Assembly: GCA_964014485.1 (NCBI GenBank)
Contig: CAXHAT010000187.1
Span: 1 to 15,212, forward strand
DNA: 15,212 nucleotides
DNA from: an uncultured Deferribacteres bacterium
GTDB lineage: Bacteria > Zhuqueibacterota > Zhuqueibacteria > Zhuqueibacterales > Geothermadaptataceae
Direction of reading: 5' to 3'
Shown: positions 1-7,726 of the stretch, piece after piece
Layout of the letters: each line of letters starts with the position of its first letter
Numbering within the stretch: the stretch's first letter is position 1
The notes under the pieces: model-generated
Seen by the model: the letters and a program-made list of their open reading frames with translations, nothing else
Database searches by the model: none
Told to the model about the DNA's origin: nothing
Translations under genes and position numbers: made by a program

Positions 1-2255
1 CGTCCATCAGGCGTAAAAGCAGCGCCTGTGGTCTTCAAATTGTCCGGCTTCGGCTGCACAAAATCAAAATCCCAATCGAAAAACAGCGGGTTATTTTGGT
101 TGTAAACGTTCAGCACGTTGAATGCGATCTCAAAACGCCGCCCCGCTCGTGAAAACCCGGCGTCGAGTCTGTGATAGTCGGGATATCGAAATGAATTTTT
201 CTCGGCGAATATTTTTGCCGAACCTTCGCCAACAGATGAATGATAAAATCGCACATACCTTCCGATGATGGGCGTATAGGGCAGGCCGCTGAGAAACGCC
301 CACGCCGCGCTAAAGCGCCAGCCGCGACCGAGCCGCAAACTTGCCGCGCTTTTCAAGCTGTGCCGCCGGTCGAAGTCAGTGAAATAATTTCTGTCCGGTG
401 CCTTGATCCGCGAAAACCCCAGCGAATAGCTCAAATTCCAGTCGATTCTGCTGTTATTTTTTTCAAGAAACAGGTCAACGCCGCTTGCATTGATGCGGCC
501 TTGCTCGGCTTGCCTGATTCGTTCATCAAAAACCGGTATATTGCGTATACGTTTAGCGTAGGCTTCCACTCCCAGCTTCATACCGCTGTCGAAGTTCAGC
601 GTGGCGCCCAAGGTCGTCGTTACCGCTTGCGGCGGAGACGCGTTTTCGGATACCGGAAAATAGATCGAGAACGGCGCGAAAATATCTTCATTCTTGACGT
701 TCTTCAAAGTGTAAGCGTGCTGGACATACCGCCCAACGCCTGCGTGCAAACTGAAGTTTGGCCGCACGGCGTAACTGAAATGCGCTCTCGGCAAAATGGC
801 CGTTTTTTTTGAAAGCGTGTTTCGTTCGCCGCGTAAGCCGAGCAGGGCGTTCAAACTCGGCGTCAGCTTGAATTCGTTTTGCACAAAAAGATCGATTTGA
901 AATGCGTTATTTTGCTGTTCATAGTCCGGTGGTGCGCTGTCGAAAAATATTTCGGCGGGTTTGTCACCCAAAATACTTTCGATCTTTTCCGCATTTTGAA
1001 ACCGCCACAAATAATCAAAATCTGACCACGCCAATCGCGCTCCAACCTGGAACTGCCCTTTGTCGCTGACGCGGCGCCACGTGCTTTTCAAAAACGCTTC
1101 GGACATTTGATTGTCGAGATCAAGGTGCTGCGTTCGCGATGACATCACACCGGCGCTGTAGGCGGCCTGCGTTTCCAGAAAACTGTTTGGCGATTGCTGA
1201 ATACGCCAGCGCAAGCTCATAATGTTGTTGCCCCAAATCGGCTGTTTTAATCCAGTGAGTCCTTCTTCATCCGGCTCCAGAACGTTGCGCAAAGCGTCGC
1301 GCGAAAAGAAGCCGTTGAACGAGATTTTATGGCTCGGTGAAGGTTTCACGGTCACGCCGCCTTGCAAATCATGAAAAAAATAATTGACGTCCGTGGTGTT
1401 CACCAGCCGCATGATAAGATCAAGATAGGTGCGCCGCCCGGCGACAAACCAGGAACCGCCGGACGCAGGTCCTGACGCACGGAATTTTGAGCTAAGAACG
1501 CCAAAAGACGCTTTTGCTCTAAATTTGCGGGCTTCGTTTTGCCAGGGAAGAACGTTCAAGCGCCCCGCTAATCTGCCGGAAACATTGGCGCTGGAAATTG
1601 TTGGCGAGAATTCAACGGCCTGCACGCCGTCTGCGTTGAACATGCTGAAAATACCGCCGATGTGGTAGGGCGTAAAAACCGTCACGCCGTCATAGGCGAT
1701 CAGTGTTTGGTCAGCGGGACTGCCGCGCACGAAAATCTGGCTGCTAAAATCGCTGGTGGAAACCACGCCGGGCGCGGATTGTATCACGCGCAGAGGATCA
1801 GCTTCGGCCAAAGCGGGTTGGCCGTATTTCAAACGTGTTGATGAAACAATCTTGTCAAAAACGCCGGGGCCGGGCGGCGGCAATTGATCGACAACGACGA
1901 CTTCTTCGCCTTCATACGGCCGCTGTTCGAGGTAAAAGTTTTGTTCCAGCGTATCTCCGACCTGAATTGTTGTTTTGAACGTTTGCCCCGCGTATCCAGC
2001 CATTTTTACGTACAAAATCAGCAGTCCTGCAGGTGCTCGGAAAATGTAGCGGCCGTTTTGATCGGTCACGGCGCCGATGCGGGCGTCAGGCACAAAAACT
2101 TCCGCATTCTCTAACGGCACGCCGGAGTTCTTGTTTGTGACTTTTCCCAGAATCCAGCCGAACTGAGCCGACGATTTTCCGCACACGAAAAAGGATAACG
2201 AAATCAATATGAAGTAAGCGGCCTTAAATGAAACGTCAGTTCGTCTGTATAGCAT
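1..2255 (-). CDS. TonB-dependent receptor with N-terminal CarboxypepD_reg-like domain and plug; 3' end lies beyond the left edge of the window
   Basis: Absent from the ORF track because it has no stop in the window. I translated it by hand from ATG at 2255 and found no stop in 751 codons. Signal peptide MLYRRTDVSFKAAYFILISLSFFVCGKSSA|Q; GKVTNKNSGVPLENAEV...GAVTDQNGRY (CarboxypepD_reg-like); plug ADPLRVIQSAPGVVSTSDFSSQIFVRGSPADQTLIAYDGVTVFTPYHIGGIFSMFN; C-terminal barrel motif RYPDYHRLDAGF...NVLNVYNQNNP. Confidence 0.92.
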   Translation of the reverse strand, partial: MLYRRTDVSFKAAYFILISLSFFVCGKSSAQFGWILGKVTNKNSGVPLENAEVFVPDARIGAVTDQNGRYIFRAPAGLLILYVKMAGYAGQTFKTTIQVGDTLEQNFYLEQRPYEGEEVVVVDQLPPPGPGVFDKIVSSTRLKYGQPALAEADPLRVIQSAPGVVSTSDFSSQIFVRGSPADQTLIAYDGVTVFTPYHIGGIFSMFNADGVQAVEFSPTISSANVSGRLAGRLNVLPWQNEARKFRAKASFGVLSSKFRASGPASGGSWFVAGRRTYLDLIMRLVNTTDVNYFFHDLQGGVTVKPSPSHKISFNGFFSRDALRNVLEPDEEGLTGLKQPIWGNNIMSLRWRIQQSPNSFLETQAAYSAGVMSSRTQHLDLDNQMSEAFLKSTWRRVSDKGQFQVGARLAWSDFDYLWRFQNAEKIESILGDKPAEIFFDSAPPDYEQQNNAFQIDLFVQNEFKLTPSLNALLGLRGERNTLSKKTAILPRAHFSYAVRPNFSLHAGVGRYVQHAYTLKNVKNEDIFAPFSIYFPVSENASPPQAVTTTLGATLNFDSGMKLGVEAYAKRIRNIPVFDERIRQAEQGRINASGVDLFLEKNNSRIDWNLSYSLGFSRIKAPDRNYFTDFDRRHSLKSAASLRLGRGWRFSAAWAFLSGLPYTPIIGRYVRFYHSSVGEGSAKIFAEKNSFRYPDYHRLDAGFSRAGRRFEIAFNVLNVYNQNNPLFFDWDFDFVQPKPDNLKTTGAAFTPDG

Positions 2256-2336
2256 GTTTAGTCGAAGTTGCGATTAAAAGCTCGCTTGAGTATCTGGCCA
2301 AGACTATGAGCCGCCCAATTTTGATATTCCGGAAAG

Positions 2337-2367
2337 TTGCTTGAAATAAGAATGAAATTTCAAGTAA
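2337..2367. promoter_or_regulatory. Inverted repeat TTGCTTGAAAT-N9-ATTTCAAGTAA in the divergent promoter region; candidate operator or hairpin
   Basis: Perfect 8-bp arms CTTGAAAT (2340-2347) and ATTTCAAG (2357-2364), extendable to 11 bp with one G-T pair. It lies in the AT-rich gap between the divergent receptor and glycan locus. Confidence 0.4.
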
Positions 2368-2495
2368 ACAAGGGTTTTCTGTGATAAATCGGTGACTGTT
2401 TCAATTGCGTTATGCTTTATGCAAATTGCTTACATCGAAGGTATACTTGCATTTATTTTTGATCTTGATTTTACAGCGAGGATTTACTGAATAGA

Positions 2496-3515
2496 ATGCG
2501 AGTTGCAGTCGTTGGCGTTGGGAAAATGGGGATGCTGCACGCGGGGATCATGAACGGTCTGGACGGCGTGGAGCTTTGTGCGATTTCTGACAATTCGAAA
2601 TTTCTTCTTGGGTTCGCCAAAAGCTTAAAAGGCGTTCCCGGCTACGAAGATTACCTCAAAATGCTCGACAAAGAAAAACCGGACGCGGCGGTTTTGGCCA
2701 CGCCGGTTTTTTTGCACGTGCCCATGGCGCAAGCCTGCATCGAGCGCGATATTCCATTCTTTCTTGAAAAACCGCTATGCCCGAGCAGCGAAGAAGCGGC
2801 GGGGATCGTTGAAACGGTCGACAAAAAACGCCTCACGACGATGGTCGGCTACATGATGCGTTACATCGATACTTTCAAAAAGGCGAAAGAAATCATCGAT
2901 TCCGGCGCATTGGGGCGGCTGATAAATTTTACTTCTACAATCTACGTCTCGCAACTTTTTAAAACCGGCAAAGGCTGGCGTTATAGCAAGGAACAATCCG
3001 GCGGCGGCGTTGTGATCGCACAAGCGACGCACCTGATCGACCTGCTAAAATGGTATTTCGGCTCACCGCAATTTATTTCCGCTCAGACGAAAAGCTTCTA
3101 CTCGCAAGAAGTGGAAGATTTTGCCCACGCCTATATTCGCTTCAAAAACGGCGTTTCCGGATGGCTCGACTCGACCTGGAGCAAGCGCCACCATCGACTG
3201 CTCGAAACCGGGATTAATCTCGATGCGGAATTCGGCAATCTTACCGTCAATGACGACGAAGTTCGTTTGTTTTTAGAAAAGCCCTTCGAAAATTATCCGG
3301 CAGGTTGGACTATCCTGAAAATGCCCGATCTCTTTTCCGGTGTAGAAATTGATCTGGGAGGACCCCAGTATACGCGACAGGACGTCGATTTTATTTCCGC
3401 TGTGCGCGAAAAACGCTCTGTTGAAAGCGATCTGCGCAACGCCTACGACATCCAGAAAATAGTCGACGGCCTTTATGAATCCGCAGGTAAAAACGGCGAA
3501 CCGGTGAAATTGTAG
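2496..3515 (+). CDS. Gfo/Idh/MocA family NAD(P)-dependent oxidoreductase, probably sugar-modifying
   Basis: N-terminal Rossmann motif VVGVGKMG, ATPVFLH, the family EKP motif, MVGYMMRY and GGGVVIAQATHLIDL. GAGGA ribosome-binding-like site upstream. Confidence 0.93.
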   Translation: MRVAVVGVGKMGMLHAGIMNGLDGVELCAISDNSKFLLGFAKSLKGVPGYEDYLKMLDKEKPDAAVLATPVFLHVPMAQACIERDIPFFLEKPLCPSSEEAAGIVETVDKKRLTTMVGYMMRYIDTFKKAKEIIDSGALGRLINFTSTIYVSQLFKTGKGWRYSKEQSGGGVVIAQATHLIDLLKWYFGSPQFISAQTKSFYSQEVEDFAHAYIRFKNGVSGWLDSTWSKRHHRLLETGINLDAEFGNLTVNDDEVRLFLEKPFENYPAGWTILKMPDLFSGVEIDLGGPQYTRQDVDFISAVREKRSVESDLRNAYDIQKIVDGLYESAGKNGEPVKL

Positions 3516-3643
3516 TCAATTGCTTAGCTGTCATTTAGCTTCGGAGTCATTGGCGATGCGTCATTAATTGCCAAGCGTAGAAGATGACCGAATGACGCAC
3601 GGCAGAATGACAGCGAAGCCATATTGGCGCGCGGCAAATGACA
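3515..3643. repeat. Long imperfect palindrome built from GTCATT/AATGAC units
   Basis: GTCA(A/T)T at 3515, 3530, 3546, 3560 and (A/G)ATGAC at 3583, 3591, 3606, 3637. Nested pairings: TGCGTCATT 3557-3565 with AATGACGCA 3591-3599 (9/9); GCTTCGGAGTCATT 3538-3551 with AATGACAGCGAAGC 3606-3619 (12/14); TGTCATTT 3529-3536 with AAATGACA 3636-3643 (8/8). Confidence 0.75.
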
Positions 3644-3701
3644 ATATTTTTTTCTCAAGAGTTTATACTTGCAATAATTATCCTCAATTTCTTGGCAAAA
3701 T

Positions 3702-4574
3702 ATGATAGACCCCATTCTTTTAGGACACAATCAATTTTTCGGCGTGAATCATCTTTCAGCGCAAGGCGGTAATGAACGCGCAGCCTTTTTCAGCGACGTT
3801 TCGCGCATCATGGACATGGTACATTATTCTCACGATCTCGGCGTGACCGGCATGATGATGTCCACCCACGAACGCGCGCTTTTGGTCGCTGATGAGTTTA
3901 AAAAAGACAAAGAACTGCTTGAAAATATGGGCATTTACTTGCTCGTTCCCTACGCTGCGAAGTACATCCGCATGTCGAACGAAAAGGGCATTGTCAATGT
4001 GGTCAAGGATTCGCTGTCCGGAACGAGCTTGCAGGACAAAATGGGCATGTTCTGGCGCGGCGGGTTTGGCTTGCTGACCAAAGACGTGACCAAGATTATC
4101 ACTTCACTGGTTGATTTTGAAGTGGCGCCCTTTGCACACTTGAACCTTAAATCCGTTTTTCTGCACGACGTGATGACCGATCTCGTTTTGGGCTGGGACG
4201 TGCCGGAAGTTTTTGCGGCATATGCCAAACACATTGAGCAGAAATACAACGCGATTCCAGCGTGGTGCAGCAAGAATTTGCCGAAGCTGGTCAAATCGCT
4301 GAAAAGCGTCGGCATTGAGAATCCGTTGATCATGGCGTCGATCAACAGGGTCGGCTATCAGGTCAATCCATCGCTGGAAGCGTTCGAAAAATGTTTACGG
4401 GAAGAAGACGTGCAATTGCTGGCGATGAGCACATTGGCGGCGGGATATTTGAAGCCGAAAGAAGCGTTCGAGTATTTGTATTCCTTGCCGAAAATCGTTT
4501 CTTCCGTCGTCGGCGTTTCGAAAAAGACGCATGCAGAAGAGACGTTTAAGATTATCAAGTCGCATTTGAATTAG
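3702..4574 (+). CDS. Conserved uncharacterised protein of polysaccharide loci, probable aldo/keto-reductase-like TIM barrel
   Basis: 290-aa ORF. It starts ILLGHNQFFGVNH and contains PYAAKY, FLHDVMTDLVLG, INRVGYQVNPS and AMSTLAAGYLKPKEAFEY...SSVVGVSKKTHAEE. The last segment resembles AKR C-terminal cofactor-binding strands. The fold is inferred from motif resemblance, not from a search. Confidence 0.75.
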   Translation: MIDPILLGHNQFFGVNHLSAQGGNERAAFFSDVSRIMDMVHYSHDLGVTGMMMSTHERALLVADEFKKDKELLENMGIYLLVPYAAKYIRMSNEKGIVNVVKDSLSGTSLQDKMGMFWRGGFGLLTKDVTKIITSLVDFEVAPFAHLNLKSVFLHDVMTDLVLGWDVPEVFAAYAKHIEQKYNAIPAWCSKNLPKLVKSLKSVGIENPLIMASINRVGYQVNPSLEAFEKCLREEDVQLLAMSTLAAGYLKPKEAFEYLYSLPKIVSSVVGVSKKTHAEETFKIIKSHLN

Positions 4575-4608
4575 CATCCGTCCGGAAACGTTTAAAAACT
4601 GCCAGTGC

Positions 4609-4643
4609 AGTCTTGTGACAACGGTCTCCGTTGTTACGAGATT
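4609..4643. terminator. Hairpin between convergent genes; possible bidirectional terminator or REP-like palindrome
   Basis: TCTTGTGACAACGG (4611-4624), loop TCT, CCGTTGTTACGAGA (4628-4641). The 14-bp stem has 12 Watson-Crick and 2 G-T pairs. No strong U-tract follows on either strand. Confidence 0.55.
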
Positions 4644-4661
4644 CATTTACTTCGATTTGCA

Positions 4662-4880
4662 TCACATATTTTTCCCGGAAGATTGTGCCTGAATCAAGCC
4701 GCGTAACGCATTGTTTACAGCTTCGGAATCTTTGAAAACTTCAGCAACGTCGGGGTCGAGCGCGACCAGAATTCGGTTTCCGGGAAAGGCTTTTGCGAAG
4801 CGATTTGGTTTTGCTTTGCTGTAATCAAGTGAATATTCTGGCGGCAAATCTTTTTGATCAGATTTTGGTGATTTCTTCAT
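4662..4880 (-). CDS. BrnA-like antitoxin / ribbon-helix-helix protein (72 aa), orphan
   Basis: MKKSPKSDQKDLPPEYSLDYSKAKPNRFAKAFPGNRILVALDPDVAEVFKDSEAVNNALRGLIQ matches the 'PEYDFDYSKAxPNRFA...LDPDVAxVFxDSExVNxALR' pattern of small proteins usually encoded after BrnT toxins. I placed the start at ATG 4880 (AAGG upstream); ATG 4895 is an alternative. The longer ORF-track start at 5042 overlaps the GT4 gene and a repeat. Confidence 0.8.
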   Translation of the reverse strand: MKKSPKSDQKDLPPEYSLDYSKAKPNRFAKAFPGNRILVALDPDVAEVFKDSEAVNNALRGLIQAQSSGKNM

Positions 4881-4928
4881 GACCTTTTCAATCATAGAAT
4901 TAAAAAATATTTTCCCCGAACTGTGATT

Positions 4929-4958
4929 TTTATAATACGCCTCAGTGCTTCCGATCAA
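4929..4958 (-). promoter_or_regulatory. Candidate sigma70 promoter for the antitoxin-like gene (TTGATC-18-TATAAA); overlaps a plus-strand TATAAT at 4931-4936
   Basis: Minus-strand TTGATC at 4958-4953 and TATAAA at 4934-4929. The plus-strand TATAAT could serve the GT4 gene but has no clear -35 box. Confidence 0.3.
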
Positions 4959-5005
4959 AATAGATTCCTCCTGAATGACATTTTCCGTGAAAGAGCGTCT
5001 TTGAA
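4959..5005 (+). repeat. Dispersed repeat copy 1: AATAGATTCCTCCTGAATGACA plus downstream AGCGTCTTTGAA box
   Basis: 22-mer at 4959-4980 matches 7727-7748 at 21/22. The 12-mer at 4994-5005 matches 7753-7764 at 11/12. The ORF track shows the same antisense peptide VIQEESIL at both sites. Confidence 0.85.
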
Positions 5006-5008
5006 ACA

Positions 5009-6190
5009 ATGAGCAGTCTTCGTGTTTGCTACTACGGCGCATACGATCTCACCGAACCGCACAACACAACGTTCCTTGCCGGACTGCGAAAAGCTGGCGT
5101 AGAAGTCGTCGAATGCAACCTCCCGCAAAAGGGCAAGCGCGACGAGGCGGCGAACTACAAAGGCGCCGGTAAGATGCTTGCCGTGGCCTGGGGGTTTCTC
5201 AAAAACGGTTTTTCCCTTTTCTTCCGGCTCTTACACCTGAAAAATCTCGACGCGATCGTTGTCGGCTATCCCGGCTATTTTGATGTGCCGTTCGCGCGCG
5301 TTGCAGGTTTGGTCAAGCGCATTCCTGTACTTTTTAACGTCCACATTTCTCTTTACGAAACGATTGTCGTCGACCGCAAATTCGTCGCCGAAAAATCCGT
5401 GCTTGCGCGGGCGTTGAAATTCTATGACCGACTTTTGTTCAAGCTGTCCAACGCCGTCATCGTCGATACAAATGCGCATTGCGAATACTTTTCCGAGCTT
5501 TACAATATTCCGCGTGAGAAATTTCAGCGCGTTTTCGTTGGCGCCGACGCGATTTTTCAGCCGCGTCCGGCAAGTAGAAATGAAAAGATAAAGGTGCTGT
5601 TTTACGGCAGTTTCGTGCCGTTGCAAGGGATCGAGCATATTATTCACGCGGCGCATCTGCTAAAAGACGAACCAGACATTCTTTTTGAAATTATCGGACG
5701 CGGGCAAACACGCGACGAAATGCTGGCGCTGGCGCAATCCCTGAGTCTCAAAAATATTAACTTTATCGAATGGGTTTCGCTAAACGAACTTGTCGATCAC
5801 ATCGCAGCGGCCGATATCTGCCTGGGCGGTCAGTTCGGCGAAGGTACGAAAGCGAACTTGGTGATTGGCTATAAATGTTTTCAGATGCTCGCATGCGGCA
5901 GGCCCGTAATTGTCTCGAATTCGGCGGGGAATCGCGAATTACTGACACACGGCGAAGATTCTTTTATGTGTAACGCCGCCGATCCCGAAGATTTGAGCCG
6001 TGCAATTCTCACGCTAAGTCAAGACGCTGATTTCAGAAAAAAAATCGCCGCCGGCGCCCTGCAAACCTATCAATCGAGATGCAGCGCCGAGCACATTGGC
6101 GCTGAATTGCAGCGAATTATCGAAAATGAGATCAATCCGCGCAGTGCTTCAGCGCAAGAAATTTTGCTTCACACGCATGAACCGCAATAA
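5009..6190 (+). CDS. Glycosyltransferase family 4 (GT-B fold)
   Basis: 393 aa with VLFYGSFVPLQGIEHII, FEIIGRG, INFIEWVS and ADICLGG...KCFQMLACGRPVIVS...ELLTHGED, a typical Glycos_transf_1 C-terminal domain. Confidence 0.93.
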   Translation: MSSLRVCYYGAYDLTEPHNTTFLAGLRKAGVEVVECNLPQKGKRDEAANYKGAGKMLAVAWGFLKNGFSLFFRLLHLKNLDAIVVGYPGYFDVPFARVAGLVKRIPVLFNVHISLYETIVVDRKFVAEKSVLARALKFYDRLLFKLSNAVIVDTNAHCEYFSELYNIPREKFQRVFVGADAIFQPRPASRNEKIKVLFYGSFVPLQGIEHIIHAAHLLKDEPDILFEIIGRGQTRDEMLALAQSLSLKNINFIEWVSLNELVDHIAAADICLGGQFGEGTKANLVIGYKCFQMLACGRPVIVSNSAGNRELLTHGEDSFMCNAADPEDLSRAILTLSQDADFRKKIAAGALQTYQSRCSAEHIGAELQRIIENEINPRSASAQEILLHTHEPQ

Positions 6191-6222
6191 TCCATCACTC
6201 CAATAATCCAGTCTTTCGAAAT

Positions 6223-7653
6223 ATGCTTTGGCGCGGTACGTTTCTTCTCTTGATCGGGCAAGCTTTGGCTCTGCTCAGCGGTTACGGCATTCAGGTTTTT
6301 CTGGCGCGCACGCTGGAACCGGAAGCCTACGGCACGTACGGCGTGGTGCAATCGGTGTTGATGATCATCGAATTGATCGTTGTCGCGGGGATTCCTGCTG
6401 CGCTCAGGCGGTTTGTTGGACAAAGCCCGGAAAAAGGTTTTGCGCTGCACAAATTTCTCTTCAAATGGCAGGTCAGTCTTGCTTTCATTCTTTTTGCAGC
6501 CGCTTTTGTGTTTGCACCGCAAATCGCGGACGCGCTTAACGACCATAGGCTGACGCCAATTCTTCGGTGGGCGGTCGTCGATATTATTTTTTTCGCGTTC
6601 TACTGGTATTACAACGGCTTTCTCACAGGCCAGCGAAGATTTGCGCAACAGACGCTTGTCGTCGGAATTTACACCGTCTCAAAATTCTTTTTAATGGTCG
6701 GCGTTGTTTCGGCGGGCAATCATCTTGTCGGCGCTTTTGTTGCAAATTTTTCCGCTTCAATTGTCGGCTGGATCGCCGGGGTTGCGGTTTTTAAGCTCGA
6801 AAAAAGCAAGGGCGTTGCCTCAAAACGCGAAATGGCGAAATTCATCGCGCCGAGCATCCTTTATTCCGTGGGGCTGAATCTGTTTTTCTATATCGATCTG
6901 TGGTTCGTGAAATACTACGCTTTTCCGGCGGAAGTCGGCTACTACAACGTCGCTTCCGCGCTGGGACGAATGCCCTATTTTTTTTCGACCGCGCTATCGG
7001 GCGCAATCATCCCGTCGCTGGCCTTTGCTATTGGCAAGAACGACGAGAATGAAACGCGCAAAATTGTGCGTCAAGCGATGCGGGTGCTTTTACTTGTGCT
7101 GTGTCCGGCCTGCGTGCTCGTCGTCGGCGATGCGGAAACGATTATTGGCTTTCTCTTCGGCGCAGAATATCTCGCCGCGGCGCCGATTCTTGAAGTTCTG
7201 TTCGTCGGCATGTGCATGCTCACATTTTTTTCCGTGCTCAACGCGATCAACATTGCCAAAAGCGGCATGTTGACCTGCGGCGTCATCGTACTTGGCGTTG
7301 TCGTACTGGATGCAGGCTTGAACGCTTGGCTAACGCCTAAATTCTACATGCAAGGCGCCGCGTGGGCCACCACGATTTCCATGATTTTCGCCCTTATTGC
7401 CAGCGCAATTTATGTCTACAAACAATACCGGCTTTTTCTGCCGTTCAAGTCCGTTTTGCGCGTGAGTTTAATCACGATTGTATTCTACCTGAGCACGATC
7501 TGGTTCGAAACGGACAAGATTTGGACTTTTGTTTTGAAAGCACTCGGGTTATTGATTTTTTACCTGATCGCTTTGCGGGTGACGGGCGAGTTATCCGCTG
7601 AAGAAGTGCAAAAAATGAAAAGCTTTACTTTAAGAAGCGGCAAAAAATCGTAG
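6223..7653 (+). CDS. Oligosaccharide flippase (Wzx/MOP superfamily)
   Basis: 476 aa, very hydrophobic with about 12-14 predicted TM segments. Motifs LARTLEPEAYGTYG, YIDLWFVKYY..AEVGYYNVAS, IIGFLFGAEYLAAAPILEVL and LNAWLTPKFYMQGAAWAT. Confidence 0.92.
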   Translation: MLWRGTFLLLIGQALALLSGYGIQVFLARTLEPEAYGTYGVVQSVLMIIELIVVAGIPAALRRFVGQSPEKGFALHKFLFKWQVSLAFILFAAAFVFAPQIADALNDHRLTPILRWAVVDIIFFAFYWYYNGFLTGQRRFAQQTLVVGIYTVSKFFLMVGVVSAGNHLVGAFVANFSASIVGWIAGVAVFKLEKSKGVASKREMAKFIAPSILYSVGLNLFFYIDLWFVKYYAFPAEVGYYNVASALGRMPYFFSTALSGAIIPSLAFAIGKNDENETRKIVRQAMRVLLLVLCPACVLVVGDAETIIGFLFGAEYLAAAPILEVLFVGMCMLTFFSVLNAINIAKSGMLTCGVIVLGVVVLDAGLNAWLTPKFYMQGAAWATTISMIFALIASAIYVYKQYRLFLPFKSVLRVSLITIVFYLSTIWFETDKIWTFVLKALGLLIFYLIALRVTGELSAEEVQKMKSFTLRSGKKS

Positions 7654-7726
7654 TTTGCATTCTGATTGGATTTGTTGATGAGACGCCGACTTCGAGCAAA
7701 AGTTGAGCATTCTCAGCCTCGGGCAG

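Noticed and set aside
240..2114. ORF-track entries 240-812, 863-1045, 1429-1668 and 1884-2114
   Set aside because: They are shadow or off-frame ORFs of the uninterrupted minus-strand TonB-dependent receptor (2255 to <1) and have no recognisable motifs.
2256..2495. ops/JUMPStart antitermination element upstream of the glycan locus
   Set aside because: No GGCGGTAG-like sequence found.
3515..3643. CRISPR array or tRNA
   Set aside because: Units are only 6-9 bp, switch orientation midway and have no 25-45-bp spacers. No cloverleaf, TTC loop context or cas genes.
4881..5042. N-terminal extension of the antitoxin ORF (126-aa call) or a BrnT remnant
   Set aside because: The extension overlaps the GT4 start and translates the 22-bp repeat, and no BrnT-like motifs are visible.
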